Both the position numbers and the translations under genes were made by a program. The notes below the pieces were generated by a model. That model was not told the origin of the DNA. It searched no databases and worked only from the letters and a program-made list of their open reading frames with translations. Below, in pieces: positions 7,559 through 16,585 of a stretch of 24,099 nt of DNA (positions are counted from its first letter, which is position 1; each line of letters starts with the position of its first letter). This stretch comes from a virus (Duplodnaviria; Heunggongvirae; Uroviricota; Caudoviricetes), in the IMG/VR virus record IMGVR_UViG_3300031963_000058, positions 1-24,099 of that record, one strand, 5' to 3'.

Positions 7559-8473
7559 ATGAATTTAAGTAGCTATGTTACAGGATGCTGTGATAATCAA
7601 ATATATAAAATAAAATCAGGAACAAAATACACTGTTGGTAATTTATTAATCAGCAAGCCAATTAATTTTTGTTACAAAGTTATTGAAGAGCCAGATATTA
7701 AGGTATATTTTACCATTCTAAATGATGATATACCTTTGGTTGATGCTGGATCTGGTATGACATGTTCATATTCAGGATGCTTGCCATGTCCAGGGCCAGA
7801 GCCAACGCCATTACCTCCACCTCCGATACCAGGGGTTTCATATAACGAATGTGAACCAATAACATTATTTCCATTAGGTGCTCAGTGTATTGCAATAAAT
7901 CCTGACGTTAATAGTCCTAATAGTGGAATATTATCTTTAGCAATAACTGGGGGTACAGCACCATATTATGTTGTATGGTCATTACCTAATAATACCACAG
8001 CTACTGGTACAACAATATATAACTTGAGTGCAGGTACATATAATGCCACAATTACTGATAAATATTATGACTTTATAACAACCGTTAGCTGCGAATTAAT
8101 AGAACCATTAGATTGTATTTTTTCTGGCTCTGTTAGTGAACTTAACTATTTGTTATTAGGTAGCGGAACAACTATCTTGTCATCATGTTCTGGTGAAACA
8201 AAAGAATACTGGTCAACAGTTTCACAAATATTTGAAATGCAAAGTGGGGATATCATTTATTATGATTATGAATTAACAATGCCTGTAGTTGAAGGGTATT
8301 ATTCAAACGGTATTTATTGGATACAAACAAATTCTTTGGGGTCTGTTTTAAATATTGGCACTTGTTCAATACCAACAATATCTCCTAGCCCGACACCAAC
8401 ATCAACACCAACACCTACAGTTAGTCCTACTCCGACATCAACACCAACACCTACGCCAACTCCGACACCATAA
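7559..8473 (+). CDS. Putative virion protein with SprB-like repeat, polyproline linker and C-terminal Pro-Thr tail
   Basis: ATG at 7559 is preferred over the overlapping track start at 7523. Contains SGILSLAITGGTAPYYVVWS...NLSAGTYNATITD (SprB-like) and PEPTPLPPPPIP, and ends ...PTPTPTPTP-stop. Confidence 0.75.
   Translation: MNLSSYVTGCCDNQIYKIKSGTKYTVGNLLISKPINFCYKVIEEPDIKVYFTILNDDIPLVDAGSGMTCSYSGCLPCPGPEPTPLPPPPIPGVSYNECEPITLFPLGAQCIAINPDVNSPNSGILSLAITGGTAPYYVVWSLPNNTTATGTTIYNLSAGTYNATITDKYYDFITTVSCELIEPLDCIFSGSVSELNYLLLGSGTTILSSCSGETKEYWSTVSQIFEMQSGDIIYYDYELTMPVVEGYYSNGIYWIQTNSLGSVLNIGTCSIPTISPSPTPTSTPTPTVSPTPTSTPTPTPTPTP
8384..8470 (+). repeat. C-terminal Pro-Thr/Ser coding tract with an internal duplicated SPTPTSTPTPT unit
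   Basis: Encodes SPSPTPTSTPTPTVSPTPTSTPTPTPTPTP directly before the TAA. Confidence 0.8.
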
Positions 8474-8474
8474 T

Positions 8475-9851
8475 ATGAATAGGATATTTAATATAACAAT
8501 AACAGCAGGAACTCCTGACGGAACTTTTTCGGTGTATTATGATAATATATCATCTAGTAGTTTGGCTACTAAATATTTAACAACAGAATTTGCTACAGGA
8601 TTAACTTTTTCGGAGTTAATAACAGGGGTTTTAGTTGTAGTCCCAGATACAAGTAAAAAAATATTATTATATAACAATTTATGTGGCTTGTATAATACAA
8701 TAAACATTTCAGATCCAATTAAAACATATCCTTGTTTTTGTTTATCAATTACAAATTCAAGAACAAATACGCTTAAAAGATATACATTTTGTTATAACGG
8801 CAACTCTTATAATGGTAAACCTGAGTATTTTACGACAATAAATCTGATAAACTATTATGCCAGATGGAATTTTATAAATCAATATTGGGAGCTAGACCCA
8901 ATACCTGATTATCCTAGCTTAATTATACGAAGCTCAGACCCGAAAGATACCCCATTGACAGGATGGTTTGTCTTTGGTAATAACGCTCAATTTTTTAGTT
9001 GTAAATCAACAGAGGGTCAATGTCAAAGTGCAGATAAGACATATAGTATAAAGTGTAATTTTAATAGTCCATCATGTGTAAACGAAAATGATGGGTCAAT
9101 AACTTCGGTGGCAACTGGTGGTAATCCTCCTTGGCAATATTCTTTAGATAATGTTAATTTTATTAATGTTGGGATATTTAATGGGTTATTTTCTGGGGCA
9201 TATACAGTCTATGCTAAAGATTCATCAGGTAATACAACTAGTTGTGACGTTACACTATCACCATCTCAACCAAAAACTTATGAATTACCGATGGTTGTTA
9301 CTGCTGGCCCGGATAGAGTTGGTACAACTATAAATGACTTAACAAAATACAAAATCGACTTTACTATTGATACATCATTATTGCCTGTAGGTGTTAATAT
9401 TGAGTTTGATTATGTTGTAACATACACTAAAACCTATTCTGAGCCTGGAACAGTTAGTTTTATAACAACAGGGCATAGTATTAGTGTGAATAATATTCAA
9501 AAAACAATGTCAATAATAGATAGTGGGCCATTCATCAATATATCTACGTCACAATGTAATCCGATACATGATGTATATGCTGCATATGATATATATTCTG
9601 CTACAGCCATAACAGGTAATAACACATCAAATATTGTTGGTTACATTGAATATACAATAGATATTGATCCTGGCTTCACATTCGATCCATTATGTTATAC
9701 AAGAGGTACGGTTGGGATAAATGCTTATTTGTCAAATATTACGGTGGATAATGATTGTGTTATAATTCAACCAACAACAATAATTGAGAGTACCACGCAA
9801 ATACCTCAACAAATACCGCAGCAAGACCCTAATAACCCACCTAGTGGCTAA
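8475..9851 (+). CDS. Putative virion/tail protein with SprB-like repeat
   Basis: True start is probably ATG 8475, 1 nt after the previous stop; the track extension from 8355 is a shadow of the PT tract. Contains PSCVNENDGSITSVATGGNPPWQYSLD...GLFSGAYTVYAKDSSG. Confidence 0.78.
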   Translation: MNRIFNITITAGTPDGTFSVYYDNISSSSLATKYLTTEFATGLTFSELITGVLVVVPDTSKKILLYNNLCGLYNTINISDPIKTYPCFCLSITNSRTNTLKRYTFCYNGNSYNGKPEYFTTINLINYYARWNFINQYWELDPIPDYPSLIIRSSDPKDTPLTGWFVFGNNAQFFSCKSTEGQCQSADKTYSIKCNFNSPSCVNENDGSITSVATGGNPPWQYSLDNVNFINVGIFNGLFSGAYTVYAKDSSGNTTSCDVTLSPSQPKTYELPMVVTAGPDRVGTTINDLTKYKIDFTIDTSLLPVGVNIEFDYVVTYTKTYSEPGTVSFITTGHSISVNNIQKTMSIIDSGPFINISTSQCNPIHDVYAAYDIYSATAITGNNTSNIVGYIEYTIDIDPGFTFDPLCYTRGTVGINAYLSNITVDNDCVIIQPTTIIESTTQIPQQIPQQDPNNPPSG

Positions 9852-9870
9852 TAATTTACATTAAATAGGA

Positions 9871-9877
9871 TATTTAT
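9871..9877 (+). promoter_or_regulatory. TATTTAT motif, putative late promoter
   Basis: Lies in the 30-nt intergenic gap, 4 nt before ATG 9882. Confidence 0.4.
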
Positions 9878-9881
9878 CGTT

Positions 9882-12089
9882 ATGGCATATATAATAAAAA
9901 ATACATCAGGTCTATTAAATACAAGGTTTACAGATACCGGTAGATTAAAGCTATCTAAAGGTAAACTAGATATTCGTTATTTCCAAATTGGGGATAGTGA
10001 AGTGCTATATAATCAGATACCAGGTTATAATCAAACAAACAATAATATAATAGAGGCCGCATATAATGCTCAAAATTCTAGTCAGAATCCAGAGACAAAT
10101 AAAATGCATATAAAATATCCATATTATGTATCTGGTTCATCTGGCAATACATATGGTTTAGCGTTTGAGGACTCACAAATTTATTCGGTATTCAACACAG
10201 CAGCACCAAGAGGCTTTTTTAGTGGTTCGGCTAATTCATGGACGGCAAAAACTTCTTCAGCATACACTATTAGTTCTAATTACATTTTGGACCTTTGTTC
10301 AAATAGTGGTAATACTATAACATTAACAGACGATTTTTGTTCTACAACAACAGGAGTAACATTTTCCGGTCATTTTGCTACGATTTATTATGATGGGGTT
10401 GGTTCATGTAATAGTGGGTTAACTGCAAACTTTCCAATTTTAACTTATAAAATACAATCAGTATCAGGTAATACACTAACTTTGGATAGGAATATACCTA
10501 ATTATTCTGAGTCGGGTTGTTGTGGAACGGCTAGAGTATTAATATACCCTTCAGGTATGACTGAGTTATATGATTACAATACGCCTGAAGGATACTGGCC
10601 ACCTGATGTTATTAACTTTGAATCTATTTGTGATTTAGGTAACACCGATGTTAAAATTTGGAATATGAATATTCCTTGGTCAGTAAGTCCGGCAGGTGTG
10701 GTTTCTACTTTGAATGAAGATTTCACAAAATATAATTCACGAACATATCTTGGTAGTAAAGAATATTTTGGCTATCAAGAACTAAGCGGTCAAACATTTT
10801 GGGTTTCACCTGCATTAACTGCTGAAACAACAGATACTTATTATTTTAATTCATATCAAAAACCTGTTTATCAAAATCCTAATGAGCAAAAGGCTATTGC
10901 TATAGTTCATTATACAAACAATGCTATTGATAGTTTTTATGGTGAAAAATTTGCGTTAAGACCATTCGATCCGCAAAGTTTAGAGACGACTGGTTTTGCT
11001 AGAAACTTTAAAGTTTCAATACCTTGGCTAATGTGGCATAAGTCATCTACCGGTCAAATGGGGGAGACTTTTTATGTTGATCCGGATGTTGGGGTTCAGG
11101 GATTATTCCAAGTCAAATATATGAAATCTGCTGTGGATAATGATATGAATAATCCAGGGCTAAGATACTATCATTTGTGGGATACACATGTAAATAACTT
11201 AGGTACACCAAATAGAGTAGGAAAAGTATTTCCTGATATAAAAACTATTGTGTTTGACGATGACGAAATCGTAGCAGCCTTATCGTATAAATCAAATAGA
11301 AACTGGACATTACCTGCACCATCTTTGTCTTTGGTTGCCCCCAATTTGTGTGATGCTGACGTTGATGACTTTGGTGTTATAGGTAATAACCAAGAGTACA
11401 TGTATATTACGTATAGATTTAATTCAACATTTGGATTTACTGACTCATTGCATTGTAATTATTATTCTAAAGTGCAAGGTCCTAGTGATGAGTGTAATCA
11501 AGACAGGCAAAACGTTGCTATTAAATTTGGTGAGGAATTTCCTTTTATGAATTCTGGTTGCACTTGTTTTAGTGGATTTAATGCGAATGAATTTATGGTA
11601 TTAGCTCAGTTGGTTTCTGGTTCTACAACACAACCTTCGCCTGGAGCTTGGAAAAAAATTGATTTTACTTATAGGGTGAGCGGTGATACTTGCAATGGAG
11701 CAATTTCGCCTTCTGCTATGACATCAAATACATTCATTATTAGCTACGATATGTATAATAATGCCGATACATATGATTTAGCAGATTATTTACCTTTACC
11801 AGAACCATCAGGGCAAGAAGATCTTTTGAATTTTGGTGAGGAGTATTTTTTTTATGGAAATATCGAGACAGATATTGAGGCAACTATTTATGAAATGAGG
11901 TTTTTATGTAATTTAGTTTCAACACAATTTACAAACACAACTAACCCAACATGGGTTCCAGGAACAAATAGTTTTATAACTGAAGTTGGTTTGTTTGATG
12001 TCGATAAAGATTTGGTTGTAATAACAAAGTTGCAGTCACCTATACAAAGGCAAGGTACTCAGCAATTTGCAGTAAGATTGGATTTTTAA
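9882..12089 (+). CDS. Tail/baseplate protein with tail-collar-fibre-like N- and C-terminal segments
   Basis: The N-terminal FTDTGRLKLSKGKLDIRYFQIGDSE and C-terminal FITEVGLFDVDKDLVVITKLQSPI resemble the two halves of the phage tail-collar fibre domain (LTxxGRxxLA...IGD; TEIGLFDxxGxL). Confidence 0.65.
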   Translation: MAYIIKNTSGLLNTRFTDTGRLKLSKGKLDIRYFQIGDSEVLYNQIPGYNQTNNNIIEAAYNAQNSSQNPETNKMHIKYPYYVSGSSGNTYGLAFEDSQIYSVFNTAAPRGFFSGSANSWTAKTSSAYTISSNYILDLCSNSGNTITLTDDFCSTTTGVTFSGHFATIYYDGVGSCNSGLTANFPILTYKIQSVSGNTLTLDRNIPNYSESGCCGTARVLIYPSGMTELYDYNTPEGYWPPDVINFESICDLGNTDVKIWNMNIPWSVSPAGVVSTLNEDFTKYNSRTYLGSKEYFGYQELSGQTFWVSPALTAETTDTYYFNSYQKPVYQNPNEQKAIAIVHYTNNAIDSFYGEKFALRPFDPQSLETTGFARNFKVSIPWLMWHKSSTGQMGETFYVDPDVGVQGLFQVKYMKSAVDNDMNNPGLRYYHLWDTHVNNLGTPNRVGKVFPDIKTIVFDDDEIVAALSYKSNRNWTLPAPSLSLVAPNLCDADVDDFGVIGNNQEYMYITYRFNSTFGFTDSLHCNYYSKVQGPSDECNQDRQNVAIKFGEEFPFMNSGCTCFSGFNANEFMVLAQLVSGSTTQPSPGAWKKIDFTYRVSGDTCNGAISPSAMTSNTFIISYDMYNNADTYDLADYLPLPEPSGQEDLLNFGEEYFFYGNIETDIEATIYEMRFLCNLVSTQFTNTTNPTWVPGTNSFITEVGLFDVDKDLVVITKLQSPIQRQGTQQFAVRLDF

Positions 12090-12092
12090 TAA

Positions 12093-12123
12093 TTCACAAT
12101 TACAACATATTTAACTATTATTG
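12093..12123 (+). promoter_or_regulatory. Putative sigma-70-type promoter for the recombination/replication module
   Basis: TTCACA (12093-98), N17, then TATTAT(TG) (12116-23), in the intergenic gap before ATG 12141. Confidence 0.45.
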
Positions 12124-12140
12124 TATCAATAATTTATTAT

Positions 12141-12743
12141 ATGAGTGAAACTATTGTAAATAACCCAAAAATTCTAGGATTGGACGTTTCAACTAAAACT
12201 ATTGGGATCGCATTATTTGATATTGCGACTAAAGAATTATTAGAATTAACGCATGTATCCCCCAGGCCAAAACCTGAAGTTGGAAATAAACTGGAAGAAC
12301 TAATATTAAAATCTAATATGTTTAGATCAAAGTTAGAAGCGTATTCTAGTTTAAATATCACACATGTTGTTATTGAAGAGCCGTTATTGAACTCTAATAA
12401 TGCATATACAATAGGTACGCTACTTAGGTTTAACACTCTAATATTTAGAGAGGTTTATGAAGTATTAGGTATTGTTCCTGATTTTATCACAACATATGAA
12501 TCCAGGAAAAATGCCTTTCCTGAACTTTTACAGAAAAATGATAAGGGTAAAAATGTCTTGTTTGGTGGGTATCCAAAGGATGTTGATAAAAAAATGGTAA
12601 TATGGGAATTAGTCTCTAAACGTGAACCGCAAATTCAATGGTTATTTACTAAAAATAATACGTTGAAAAAAGAAAATTTCGATAGTACTGATGCGTATTG
12701 TTGTGCGTTAGGGTTCCTAAAAAAGGAAGGCATTTGGAGTTAA
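12141..12743 (+). CDS. ruvC: RuvC-like Holliday junction resolvase
   Basis: KILGLDVSTKTIGIALF, VVIEEP and DSTDAYCCAL supply the RNase H-fold D/E/D/D catalytic set. Confidence 0.8.
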   Translation: MSETIVNNPKILGLDVSTKTIGIALFDIATKELLELTHVSPRPKPEVGNKLEELILKSNMFRSKLEAYSSLNITHVVIEEPLLNSNNAYTIGTLLRFNTLIFREVYEVLGIVPDFITTYESRKNAFPELLQKNDKGKNVLFGGYPKDVDKKMVIWELVSKREPQIQWLFTKNNTLKKENFDSTDAYCCALGFLKKEGIWS

Positions 12744-12776
12744 ATTTATTTCTTGTTTTTTTTATTGAAATTAATT

Positions 12777-12787
12777 TATTACCTTTG
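12777..12787 (+). promoter_or_regulatory. Bacteroidota-type -7 element TATTACCTTTG
   Basis: TAnnTTTG consensus, intergenic, 4 nt before ATG 12792. An identical 11-mer lies at 18938. Confidence 0.6.
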
Positions 12788-12791
12788 TTCT

Positions 12792-13706
12792 ATGGAAGAG
12801 CATGATGTAATAATAACCTTGTTGGATGATCTGTTGGGTCAGCATAAAGCTCACTATCCCAACAAATCCCAGATATCATATGATTGTCCAAATTGTTCAG
12901 AATTAAAAGGATTAGAATCTGGGGATGGGAAAGGCAACCTAGAAATATCGTATTCTAAACATTTATTTCACTGCTGGTCTTGTGGGGATTATAGCAAAAT
13001 GCATGGTCCTCTGGGTAAGCTATTTGAATTATATGGTGATAAAAGGCTAAAAAAACTTTACAATTTAATAAGACCGAAAGATTCGGAACAAGTTACGCAT
13101 TTTAGGAAGAAAATAAAACTACCTGAAGATTTCGTGTTATTAAGTGAATCAAATAAACGGTATCCTCCGTATCTTGAGGCTATAAATTATTTGAAGTCTA
13201 GAGGTATTACAGAAGAAATAATAAACAAATATAAAATAGGTTTTGCGGCCAAAGGAGATTACAAAGGTAGAATTATAGTACCGTCATACGATAGTAACAA
13301 TGAATTAAATTATTATATTGGAAGATCTTGGAACACAAAATCACGAGCAAAATATAAAAATCCTGAGGCTGAAAAGGAGTTGATTATTTTTAATGAACAC
13401 CTTATTAATTGGTCCGATGATATTTTTTTAGTTGAGGGGGTGTTCGACTCTTTTTTTCTAAACAATAGCATTCCCTTGTTAGGTAAACATTTACCAAATA
13501 TTCTTTTTGAAGCATTATATAACAAGGCAAAGGGTAATATTACTATATGCCTCGATGGAGATGCTTTTGATAACGCACTAAAACTATATCATGAGCTAAA
13601 TGGGGGGGTATTATACGGTAAGATTAGGGTTTTAAAACTACCGGCAGATAAAGATGTCTGCGATTTGAGGGGAAAAATAAACGAATATTATTATGAAATA
13701 AAATAA
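12792..13706 (+). CDS. DnaG-type DNA primase (Cys4 Zn finger + TOPRIM)
   Basis: CPNC...HCWSC zinc finger, YLKSRGI, GRIIVP, KYKNP, LVEGVFD and CLDGDA. ATG 12792 is preferred over TTG 12753. Confidence 0.88.
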   Translation: MEEHDVIITLLDDLLGQHKAHYPNKSQISYDCPNCSELKGLESGDGKGNLEISYSKHLFHCWSCGDYSKMHGPLGKLFELYGDKRLKKLYNLIRPKDSEQVTHFRKKIKLPEDFVLLSESNKRYPPYLEAINYLKSRGITEEIINKYKIGFAAKGDYKGRIIVPSYDSNNELNYYIGRSWNTKSRAKYKNPEAEKELIIFNEHLINWSDDIFLVEGVFDSFFLNNSIPLLGKHLPNILFEALYNKAKGNITICLDGDAFDNALKLYHELNGGVLYGKIRVLKLPADKDVCDLRGKINEYYYEIK

Positions 13707-14564
13707 ATGATGAATATAAATGACACGGCTAATGAGCTTAGAAAAGTTTTTGAAACAAAAAGAGAGGAACTTTCACTAAAGTTTTTTGAAGATACACACA
13801 TCTACCATATGATAGATTCTAATGGTAATATACGTGATAATTATCCTTCCGTTACTAAAGTTATTAAAAAATTTTATGACGAGTTTGATGCCGAACAAAT
13901 TTCTGAACAAATATCAAAAGGTAATACACAGAAAAAGAATGAACTATTACTTAAATGGAAAGAATCAGGAGATAAAGCTGTCAATCTTGGTAATCGTGTA
14001 CATTATTTTTTAGAGCAAACTTCTGTAGATCTTTTTAATTTAAGAAAAACTCTTAGAGAACCTGTTTTTGAATGTGATAGATACCAGTTATTAGCTAGTG
14101 ATAAAATGATATCCGCCGGTAACAAATATCTTAAACTTATGAAAGAACGTGGTGGTATATTATTGGATACTGAGATGGTAATAGGTCATCCTGAATTGGG
14201 GTACGTTGGTCAACCAGATAAAGTATGGTTATTTGAATCTAAATCTAGAGGTGAAATTGGAATTGCTATCACAGACTGGAAAACGAATCAATCTAAGAAT
14301 TTTGTTCCTAACAAATATACTAAAAAGTTAAAACCACCTTTTGACGATATAGACGATACTGCTTTAGGGCACTATTATTTACAGTTGCCATTATATGGGA
14401 AATTGCTTCTAAAAATGCTTGAAGGAACTGAATTTGAAAATACAAAATTATTAGGTTGCATTGTGGTTCATTTGAATGAGGACTCAATGTATTCTGAGTA
14501 TAGGGTTCCTCAAAACATAACAAATCGTGTTTTACAATACGATTTTAAATTACACAAAATTTGA
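13707..14564 (+). CDS. PD-(D/E)XK exonuclease (RecB/Cas4-like phage nuclease)
   Basis: YPSVTKVI, GNRVH, GYVGQPDK...ITDWKTN and YYLQLPLYG motifs. Start is 13707 or 13710. Confidence 0.85.
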   Translation: MMNINDTANELRKVFETKREELSLKFFEDTHIYHMIDSNGNIRDNYPSVTKVIKKFYDEFDAEQISEQISKGNTQKKNELLLKWKESGDKAVNLGNRVHYFLEQTSVDLFNLRKTLREPVFECDRYQLLASDKMISAGNKYLKLMKERGGILLDTEMVIGHPELGYVGQPDKVWLFESKSRGEIGIAITDWKTNQSKNFVPNKYTKKLKPPFDDIDDTALGHYYLQLPLYGKLLLKMLEGTEFENTKLLGCIVVHLNEDSMYSEYRVPQNITNRVLQYDFKLHKI

Positions 14565-14589
14565 CAATAAACTAAAAATAAATTAAAAT
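14561..14589 (+). promoter_or_regulatory. Near-consensus sigma-70 promoter TTGACA-N17-TAAAAT
   Basis: TTGACA at 14561-66 overlaps the nuclease stop, followed by a 17-nt spacer and TAAAAT at 14584-89. The ATG at 14594 is 4 nt later. Confidence 0.6.
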
Positions 14590-14593
14590 TACT

Positions 14594-14845
14594 ATGGATT
14601 CAAAAATTGATTTAAGATCACAACCTAATATATCTTGCGAAAAATGCGGATCGAAACTCTTCAAAGAAGCTTTTATACTGAAAAAAGTGTCTAGGATTAT
14701 GCTTGGGGAGAGTCAAGATGCTATTGCACCTATTAGCGTTTATTGTTGTAATCAATGCAACCACATAAATAAAGAATTTAATATTTTTGACACACAAGAA
14801 TCTAATGATAAAGAAAATAATTCACTTCTCGGACTTACACCTTAA
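14594..14845 (+). CDS. Small zinc-ribbon protein
   Basis: CEKCGS...CCNQCNH, two CxxC knuckles; 83 aa. Confidence 0.75.
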   Translation: MDSKIDLRSQPNISCEKCGSKLFKEAFILKKVSRIMLGESQDAIAPISVYCCNQCNHINKEFNIFDTQESNDKENNSLLGLTP

Positions 14846-15584
14846 AATATATAAAGATCACGAATTATATCGTTTATTATTAAATAAAGCCTTTTCTGAG
14901 TGGCGTGGACATAATCCTGATAGAATTGTTTTTTCTGGTGACTTGGTTCATTCTAAAAACCAAATGTCACCAGAATTGATAGACATGATTGCTTGGGTAT
15001 TGGTGGAATGTTCTAAAATATGTAAAACAATTATCATACCAGGTAATCATGACTTTTTGGAGGCAAATATGGGTCGACTAGACGCTATAACTCCTGTTGT
15101 TGAATCTTTAAATAATAAAAATATTGTTTACTACAAAAATAGAGGCATCTATGAAGATTCCAATGTTAATTGGTGTGTATATTCATTAATGGACCATAAT
15201 ATACCACCTGACTTTGTTTTTTCAGATAAAAAAAACATAGGTATATTTCACGGTGCGGTTCATGGGTTAAAAACAGATGTTGGCCACGTTTTTACTGAAG
15301 GTTATGATACTAATAAATTTTCAGGCTGCGACGTAGTATTATGTGGCGATATACACAAAAGACAAGTTTTTAATATTCCTAATAATAAGAAAGCATATAT
15401 GGTTGGCTCTTTTATTCAGCAAGATTATGGTGAGTCAGTTAGTTATCATGGCTATGGCCTTTATGATCTAGAAATTGATGAATATACGTTTTTTGACATT
15501 AAAAACCCCAGGTCTTATCTTTCTTTTAAAATTACTAGTATTGATGATATAATTAATGGAGATGAAAAACTTATCAATTCATAA
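14805..15584 (+). CDS. sbcD: SbcD/Mre11/gp47-like metallophosphoesterase nuclease (core only)
   Basis: HFSDLH, FSGDLVH, PGNHD, FHG and CGDIHK are the five phosphoesterase motifs. Likely ATG 14805 (MIKKIIHF). Confidence 0.85.
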   Translation: MIKKIIHFSDLHLKIYKDHELYRLLLNKAFSEWRGHNPDRIVFSGDLVHSKNQMSPELIDMIAWVLVECSKICKTIIIPGNHDFLEANMGRLDAITPVVESLNNKNIVYYKNRGIYEDSNVNWCVYSLMDHNIPPDFVFSDKKNIGIFHGAVHGLKTDVGHVFTEGYDTNKFSGCDVVLCGDIHKRQVFNIPNNKKAYMVGSFIQQDYGESVSYHGYGLYDLEIDEYTFFDIKNPRSYLSFKITSIDDIINGDEKLINS

Positions 15585-15990
15585 TGAATTGTATTCTACA
15601 ATTCAGGAATATTGTCACTTAAATTCAATATCTGATATTGAAAAGTTTTTACTTCAATGTTTAAAACAAGGTTTTGATATTAAAAAATATGGATTATTAG
15701 GTGGATCAGAGCCTGAAAAACAAATCGAGATAATAGAAAAGGAGGTTATTAAATATGTAGACAGGGAAATTATTAAAGAGGTGTCGGTGATTCAAGATAA
15801 AGATTGTAGTGAGCTTGTCGAAAAAGAAACGTTAGACTTACGAGATAAAATGTCTAAGTTGTCAAATACATTACAAACCCTGAGATCTGAATTGCAAGCT
15901 AAAGAAGATGAGCTATCGGCAATAAAAACTAAATCAATATCTCAATCAGCAACGTTTTTGAGAACAACAAATTTAAAAGATCAATTATGA
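15562..15990 (+). CDS. Hypothetical protein with C-terminal coiled coil
   Basis: Open frame overlapping both neighbours, with the heptad-like LRDKMSKLSNTLQTLRSELQAKEDEL. Start is 15562 or 15556. Confidence 0.75.
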   Translation: MKNLSIHNELYSTIQEYCHLNSISDIEKFLLQCLKQGFDIKKYGLLGGSEPEKQIEIIEKEVIKYVDREIIKEVSVIQDKDCSELVEKETLDLRDKMSKLSNTLQTLRSELQAKEDELSAIKTKSISQSATFLRTTNLKDQL

Positions 15991-16355
15991 TTAAATTACT
16001 TATTTGGATTTTTATCGCATACGGTTGTACAAACATTTTGGTATACGGTTCCATTTTTAATGGATTTAAAAACTTTTTAAGGGAAAATAGGATACCTGTT
16101 ATATCAAATATTAGTACCTTTGTGCTTCAGCTACTAAGCTGTGTTATGTGTACATCAACATGGGTTGGGTTCTTCTTATCATTCGTATTGTTCTCACCAT
16201 ATATTTCTTATATTGATGAATACAGACATTTTGGTAGTGGAATCGATTCTATACTGAAAGAAAGCCTTGTCGTCTTTGTTGATGGCTTATTCGCCTCAGG
16301 AAGCGTTTGGGCATTAAACAGTGTAATCGAATGGTTCGAAGAAAATAAAAAATAA
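15987..16355 (+). CDS. Membrane protein, DUF1360-like
   Basis: About three hydrophobic segments and LLSCVMCTSTWVGF (CxxC-x-x-x-W), reminiscent of DUF1360. ATGA coupling to the upstream gene. Confidence 0.65.
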   Translation: MIKLLIWIFIAYGCTNILVYGSIFNGFKNFLRENRIPVISNISTFVLQLLSCVMCTSTWVGFFLSFVLFSPYISYIDEYRHFGSGIDSILKESLVVFVDGLFASGSVWALNSVIEWFEENKK

Positions 16356-16369
16356 AAAAAACTAAAACT

Positions 16370-16576
16370 ATGGCAAAATCAAAAAACAGAAAAGGTCACA
16401 AACAACGTGTTCAAAGTAGGAACCAAAGAATTTCAGAGGATATTAATCGGCAGCGTAAGGCATTTAAAACTCTTCTAGAGTCAATTGAAAAGAATAAAGC
16501 CTCGGCTGAAACAGAGCTAACTTCAGAAGTTGAGGAACAACCCTCACCCCAAATAAACGTCCAGCAAAACCTTTAA
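16370..16576 (+). CDS. Small protein with basic N-terminus and acidic C-terminus
   Basis: MAKSKNRKGHKQRVQSRNQR...ETELTSEVEEQ, with an A-rich upstream region typical of Bacteroidota starts. Confidence 0.75.
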   Translation: MAKSKNRKGHKQRVQSRNQRISEDINRQRKAFKTLLESIEKNKASAETELTSEVEEQPSPQINVQQNL

Positions 16577-16585
16577 TTAAGAAAA

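Noticed and set aside
8355-8474. Gln/His-rich N-terminal extension of the 498-aa ORF
   Set aside because: It is an alternate-frame reading of the upstream Pro-Thr tract; ATG 8475 directly after the stop is the natural start.
13707-14564. Cas4/CRISPR function for the PD-(D/E)XK nuclease
   Set aside because: It lacks the Cas4 Fe-S cysteine set, and there is no cas1/cas2 or array. The context is an ordinary phage recombination module.
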